Shown here one piece after another: positions 57,881 to 64,000 of a stretch of 64,000 nucleotides of DNA (positions are counted from its first letter, which is position 1; each line of letters opens with the position of its first letter). The stretch lies in assembly GCA_964016885.1 (NCBI GenBank), contig OZ024741.1:135408001-135472000 (forward strand), read 5' to 3'. The DNA comes from Eledone cirrhosa (taxonomy: Eukaryota). The position numbers were made by a program, and so were the translations under genes. The notes under the pieces are model-generated. The model worked only from the letters and a program-made list of their open reading frames with translations, made no database searches and was not told the origin of the DNA.

Positions 57881-59756
57881 AATTCTTTATACCATATAAA
57901 TGCTTGAAATAAACTACAAATTCCTTATATATACACACTAGAAGAGGAAGACCAAGGTTAACGTATGTTAATGCTCTAAGGACAGACACTGGTCTGTTGG
58001 AGACGCAGGACATGGCAGCGATAACGAGGGACAGAGACCGCTGGAGAGAACTCGTCCATGGATCTCGGGAATTTTACCCGCCTTAAATATATATATATAG
58101 TGTGTGTGTGTGAGAGATCTATATTACTGTTTTTATCTTTTATGTACAAGTAAATGATTAATGTATTAAGGTTGCCCCAATAGGCGGAATACTTCCGAAA
58201 CACAAATCCCTTTACATTAAACAAATAAAAGTAAACAAATCGAGTTGCAACTGCAAATGGGCAAACATCCGCCATTTTTGTATTCTATTTCTTAATTTCG
58301 GTGAATTAAACTCAATATTCAATAATTGATTTTCATTATTTTTTTCCTCATGTACAAGATCAGTTGAAGGAATCACTTCACATACTATGTAATGACAGCG
58401 TCCATAAATTCACAGAAACAAAAAACTGGAGACCGCAAAAGTCATAATTATAATGAGGGATATAATAAAATTTTAGATTAAAAAATAATTATTATATGTT
58501 GTCAATAAGACATCATATTTGTTATAAACGTCATTTAAAATAAACAACGTGTCAGAAAAACAACGGACAGAAAGAAAGAAAGAAAACAAAATATCTTGGA
58601 ACATGGTCAATATTCAGTGACAAGTGATGTTCTAATTATAAATATTTTCCGATTTTTTTTGTTCACGCAGCTATTCACACTTGATACTCAAATTCAGCCT
58701 GCTCATTAATTATAGCAACACTATTTTCTATATTCACTGTTACTGTACCAAACCCAGTTCCAGGAATGGTGTAAATGTTATATTTGTGGCCTATATAAAC
58801 CTCTCAACTTCTAAAAGCCCAAATGGGGAGTACCATGAAAGAAATATGCCCCCAAACGGGGAGAAATGAGGCAAAATGGGGTGATTCTACACAATGAAAG
58901 CTATACCCATTTTCACAAGAGAAGACATCTCTCACCCACGCCAAAGTGGGTGGGAGATCTTCTTGTCCGACGGTGAGAGTTGACACGTCTACCTATATAG
59001 ACTAGGTTGTGAGGCATGCATAAACATACACGAGTGTATGCATATACACCCATTCTCACTCTGAGTGCTATATGTTCATTCGCACGCTTCCTTGAACACC
59101 CAGATAGGGATACATATATACATACAAATTCACCTACAAACACTAACAAACTACATATACTCTCTCCAATTCTCTCACACACGTACGCACACATATTGGA
59201 AAGGTGTTCTTGATGATAAATCAATGATTTTTAATTGTTATTTTAAAGTAAATCTTTTTACGTATGTTATTTTAAACAAAATTTTAATTAGAAATTTAAA
59301 AATGTTATTATAATTATACATTTTCACTAGTATTTGTTTTCATATTCAAAGCCAAAGTTCAGTTTCCTTTTGTACTGATTCTGGGGAATTAAGTGTAAGC
59401 GACTGAGCATTCCATAGATACATGTATACTTAACAATTCTCAGATGGAGATGTGAAGATTCATTGTGATACAGTGTGTGACAAGGCTGGCTATTTGAATT
59501 ACATGCACATTCTACCGTATTATCAAGTACGAGATTGAGCACTCCACAGACACGTGTAATTCTCAGGGCGATCCAATGAGACACTTTGAACTAGGTATAT
59601 TTAATTTTCTACCTGCTGATTAGAGCAACGTGAAATAAAGAGTCACTTGATCCGGGAATCAAATTTACAACCTTACAATCGTGAGCCGAAACATCGTATC
59701 CACTTTGCCAGGCGTCTTCACACACACACACATATATGTATATATATATATGTATT

Positions 59757-59853
<97 letters not shown>

Positions 59854-59868
59854 TATATATATATACAC

Positions 59869-59899
<31 letters not shown>

Positions 59900-59920
59900 T
59901 ATATATATATATATATATAG

Positions 59921-59971
<51 letters not shown>

Positions 59972-59972
59972 C

Positions 59973-60091
<119 letters not shown>

Positions 60092-60634
60092 CTGTTACTA
60101 GGTAAAACCAGATCATTATTAACCCCCTCCTTCGTCAATTAATTTATATTTCCACCCATTAGAGATAGACTTAAATGAAATTAAATCAATCTCAGATTAA
60201 TTTCATTTGCTTTCAAATCTAAAGTGCTCACTCTGAAGAACAAAATTATTTTCTTGTGTTATTGTGAGATGAACCCTACCTCAGATAATACGACAGCGAT
60301 AGAAGCTGCTAAATTGTCGGTCGCCCTCTTGTCTCTGATTTTCAGCACCATGGATGTTATATTCCTTTGTTATATTTTGAAATACCTGATGATGTCACCA
60401 GATTCATACTGAACCGGGTCATTGAAATAATCATAGTATAATAAACCTTTCAAGGATTTACACCAGTCCAGCCTCCTGTTATTTTATAATAATTAATTCC
60501 GTACTCGCACCACCAACAACACAAACGAAGACGGGTGAGTTGCATGACGTCGAGTGCTCTCCATAATATTAAATCGAGGTTGACCACACGGAGTGACCAG
60601 TTCTATCCAATGGTTAATCAACAAACCTAAATGA

Positions 60635-61023
<389 letters not shown>

Positions 61024-61103
61024 ATAGGTAGGTAAACATCTCGATGCACAGTTATCGACACAGGTTGAAAAGTATATATATATATATATATACTTTTCAA
61101 CCT

Positions 61104-61373
61104 GATGGCGTGTGATTTAGTGGTTAGGGTGTTAGGCACGCAATCGTAAGGTCGTGAGCAACACGTTTTATTTGACGATCAAAAAACTCACTTGGGTTAT
61201 ATATATAATTTATAATAGGAAAGAAATAATTATACATCAAGCTAACTCTTGAAAAATCTTCATCATTGTTGTTATTTAACCCAAGTGAGTTTTTTCATCG
61301 TCAAATAAAACGTGTTGCTCACGACCTTACGATTGCGTGCCTAACACCCTAACCACTAAATCACACGCCATCA
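61104..61373. repeat. Inverted duplication (~95-bp arms) of a tRNA-SINE head
   Basis: 61104-61199 is the reverse complement of 61277-61373; starts GGCGTGTGATTTAGTGGTTAGGGTG. Confidence 0.88.
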
Positions 61374-61664
61374 CTTTCTGACGTTGTATTATTGCAGAGT
61401 GGAAAGCGTTATCTGAGTGAGGACTCTCATAATAAACACTCAATATCGTTGAAAATGTCTCCGAAATCTGATGCCCATAAATCTCTCTTTGTTTTACCTG
61501 TCAGAGCAAAATATCTCTCTCTACCTTATTTATTATCCGCAAAGATTTCCTGTTTGGAAAAAAAACTATGTTTTGTTCTTCGCAAACTGAAAATACAAAG
61601 AAATGAAAATACCTCTGAAATAACAATACTGGCGTCGATTTTAACATCTGTATCCTCCTCCTTC

Positions 61665-61727
61665 TTCTCATCATCATCACCGTCATCGTCATTATTAAAA
61701 TCATCATCGTCATCATTGTCATTATTT

Positions 61728-61758
<31 letters not shown>

Positions 61759-61885
61759 TATTATCATTATCATTAAAATCCTCATCATCGTCACCATCAT
61801 CATTAAAATCATCATCATCATCATCCTCGTCTTCGTCACCATTATAATCACCAATATTACTAAAAATATGATCATCATCATCATT
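61665..61885. repeat. Degenerate (TCA)n microsatellite
   Basis: Read directly from the sequence. Confidence 0.9.
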
Positions 61886-62335
61886 ATAACATCATATATG
61901 ACTCCATTGTTGTCAAATTTCTACAATGGAAGTAGAAATTAGTTATGAAACGGTATAGAAATTAAAATGATTTTCATCTACCGTGGACTTTCTTTAATCG
62001 CCTCTACCGCAACTATAACGAAGGCGCTTGGCGTAGGGTATTGGACATACGATCGAAATACAGTGCGTTTGATTTTGGGTGCGGCTGCTGCGCTATACAA
62101 CAGAAAAACGGACGAAACACAGGACAGTCTCTTATCATCAATCGACCTCTGGAGGTACTTGAGATTCAGTGCATTAAGGTCGTTATTACTAATTCCTGTG
62201 CACCTAGGACAGTAATAAATTGAGACAAGACAAGACTATTTACAACTAAACTAAATTATACTAAAATAAAATGAAATTTACAAGAGGACAATGTGCTGCA
62301 ACTCAAAATATTTCGTTGTCTTCGTCCAACATTTT

Positions 62336-62386
<51 letters not shown>

Positions 62387-62402
62387 TATAGGAACGAGTA
62401 GG

Positions 62403-62499
62403 ACCCCGACGGCTGAGCTCAAGCCGTTTCGACGGCTAATTCTGGACTAAATGAACATTTTTATCCTGGTACATGAATAGCCGAGCTTCTCAGGGGGGT
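62403..62499 (-). ncRNA. Variant type I hammerhead (inverted copy)
   Basis: Reverse-complement match to 63814-63909. Confidence 0.62.
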
Positions 62500-63813
62500 A
62501 ATTCCATATATGGTAAAAGTGATTGTCACAAGGATTGGTCAAAGGTTTGTTATTGAGACACATAATTCTATCATGGCATTTTGTGGAAGGAAGGGGTAGC
62601 TGAACTTGCCAGTAGAAGAAACTCCTAAACAAGAAAGACGAACTGGTAACTGCATGCAAACACAGATTGCGTAGGACTTACCTCGCCCTCAAACCCCATA
62701 ATGCTCCGGGGGGGGGGGGGGGGAGGTAGACAAGGGCTGTAACACCCCACTTGCCGACTTTGTAATGGGTAACCCCTGCTTGCAAAGGTAGACGTAAGAT
62801 TTTCTTATATATCTTTTTATCGTTTCCTCTATATTTCCTTCTACCCCATCCCTTCCTAGTCCTTTCACCCCAGTTCTCCTTCTTTGTCGTCGTCCTTTTC
62901 CCTTTCTCGCCCACCCGAGGCAGCCCTTCGGTCCTTTGTAGCCTCAGTACCCCCACCCCCATCCCCTATTCTATGATAGAATTGGCCGACTCCGCTTTTT
63001 ATAGCAGATGTGATAGACCCCAGTTACTTGCTTTCTTATCCGATGGCTGCCCCATTTCCGTGCTTTCTAGATTTCTTAGTGGTATCTCTGCTTCAGTTTC
63101 TCGTATATCAGTATTTATTTTGGGGGTGGAATTCTGAATTAATATTTTTCGTATCAAATTTTTCATATATATCGTACGAGCATTTATGTAGTTTGTATTA
63201 GAATGTTTGTATCGTTGCGGCACCCTTATATATTGTATTAGTATTCATTTTCGGGATTCTGAATTATTATTTCGTATTAGTTTCGGGACTCCGAATTATT
63301 ATTTCGTAGTAGTTTCTTTAGTATTTTGGTCCCCTACTTGTTGACCTGTCACTGTAAGATAGATTCGGATGATTACTACTAACTCATAAAATTCTTTCAC
63401 TACAATCTCGTATTTAGTATTCCGTCCCACCTATTAAACTTTTCTATAGTTTAGCAGTACCAGTGAGAGACTTGATGATTGTGGAAGGGGAATAGTAACC
63501 AGAAATTGTTTTTTTATATTTTTAACATTCTTATTAATCTTTTATATATTTACTCCATATTGATTTACTTATTGTTTCGACTTCCTCCCCCTCCCACTCC
63601 CTAGTATACTTTCTCAACCTCTTATCCTTAGGATCCTTCTGTAGTTGGCACTATCAACGCACGACTGGGTTTCCTCCACTCCCTCTCCCTCTTTCTTCTA
63701 CTGGCAAGTTCAGCTACCCCTTCCTTCCACAAAATGCCATGATAAAATTATGTGTCTCAACAACAAACTTTTGACCAATCCTTGTGACAATCACTTTTAC
63801 CATATATGGAATT

Positions 63814-63909
63814 ACCCCCTGAGAAGCTCGGCTATTCATGTACCAGGATAAAAATGTTCATTTAGTCCAGAATTAGCCGTCGAAACGGCTTGAGCTCAGC
63901 CGTCGGGGT
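63814..63909 (+). ncRNA. Variant type I hammerhead with a CUGAGAAG core and long stem II
   Basis: ACCCC-CTGAGAAG-..CGGCTATTC...GAATTAGCCG..C-GAAA-CGGCT tgagctc AGCCG-TC-GGGGT. Confidence 0.68.
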
Positions 63910-64000
63910 CCTACTCGTTCCTATCACCCACTCTACTATCCTAAGTATTGAGTACTTTGGTGCGTTATGGTCCATCTGGTTCCTTACCACATTTCCTTCG

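Larger units (their letters stand above)
62388..64000 (+). mobile_element. Non-coding PLE-type element with ~233-bp inverted pseudo-LTRs and a tail reaching the window end
   Basis: 62388-62621 is the reverse complement of 63692-63924; tail matches 32972-33046; preceded by (TA)n. Confidence 0.82.

Noticed and set aside
58255-58285. CCGCCATTTT YY1-like motif as a promoter
   Set aside because: Single short motif with no associated gene; also common in transposon UTRs.
61428-61497. Possible minus-strand terminal exon (GKTKRDLWASDFGDIFNDIECLL*) after TCTGACAG
   Set aside because: Short, weak polypyrimidine tract, no recognisable homology and no partner exons; would need RNA-seq.
61967-62223. GC-richer island with overlapping 60-85 codon frames
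   Set aside because: No recognisable motif; cannot be supported as coding.

Overview
This is eukaryotic, AT-rich, repeat-dominated DNA; the SINE and microsatellite content suggests an octopod cephalopod (inference). I cannot confidently identify any host protein-coding gene, and most short ORFs are translations of (TA)n, (CA)n or (CT)n microsatellites. The real coding signal is all from transposons: three R4/Dong-type non-LTR pieces, a CR1-group LINE, an RTE 3' end, a decayed mariner, Helitron derivatives (one with 23-aa STPR-like repeats) and two Penelope-like elements (PLEs). One PLE (13402-15054, minus strand) is an uninterrupted Naiad-type RT + GIY-YIG frame. The most notable unexplained structure is a set of about 8 short non-coding fold-back inserts, usually in or next to TA/CA microsatellites, built as [inverted copy][spacer][copy + tail]. 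Most of them carry type I hammerhead-ribozyme motifs: about 10 readable cores in at least 5 unrelated sequence families, several with palindromic stem III and some with non-canonical cores. Several families also share a GTATTGAGTAC tail motif. All ribozyme folds were read by eye and need computational and biochemical confirmation.
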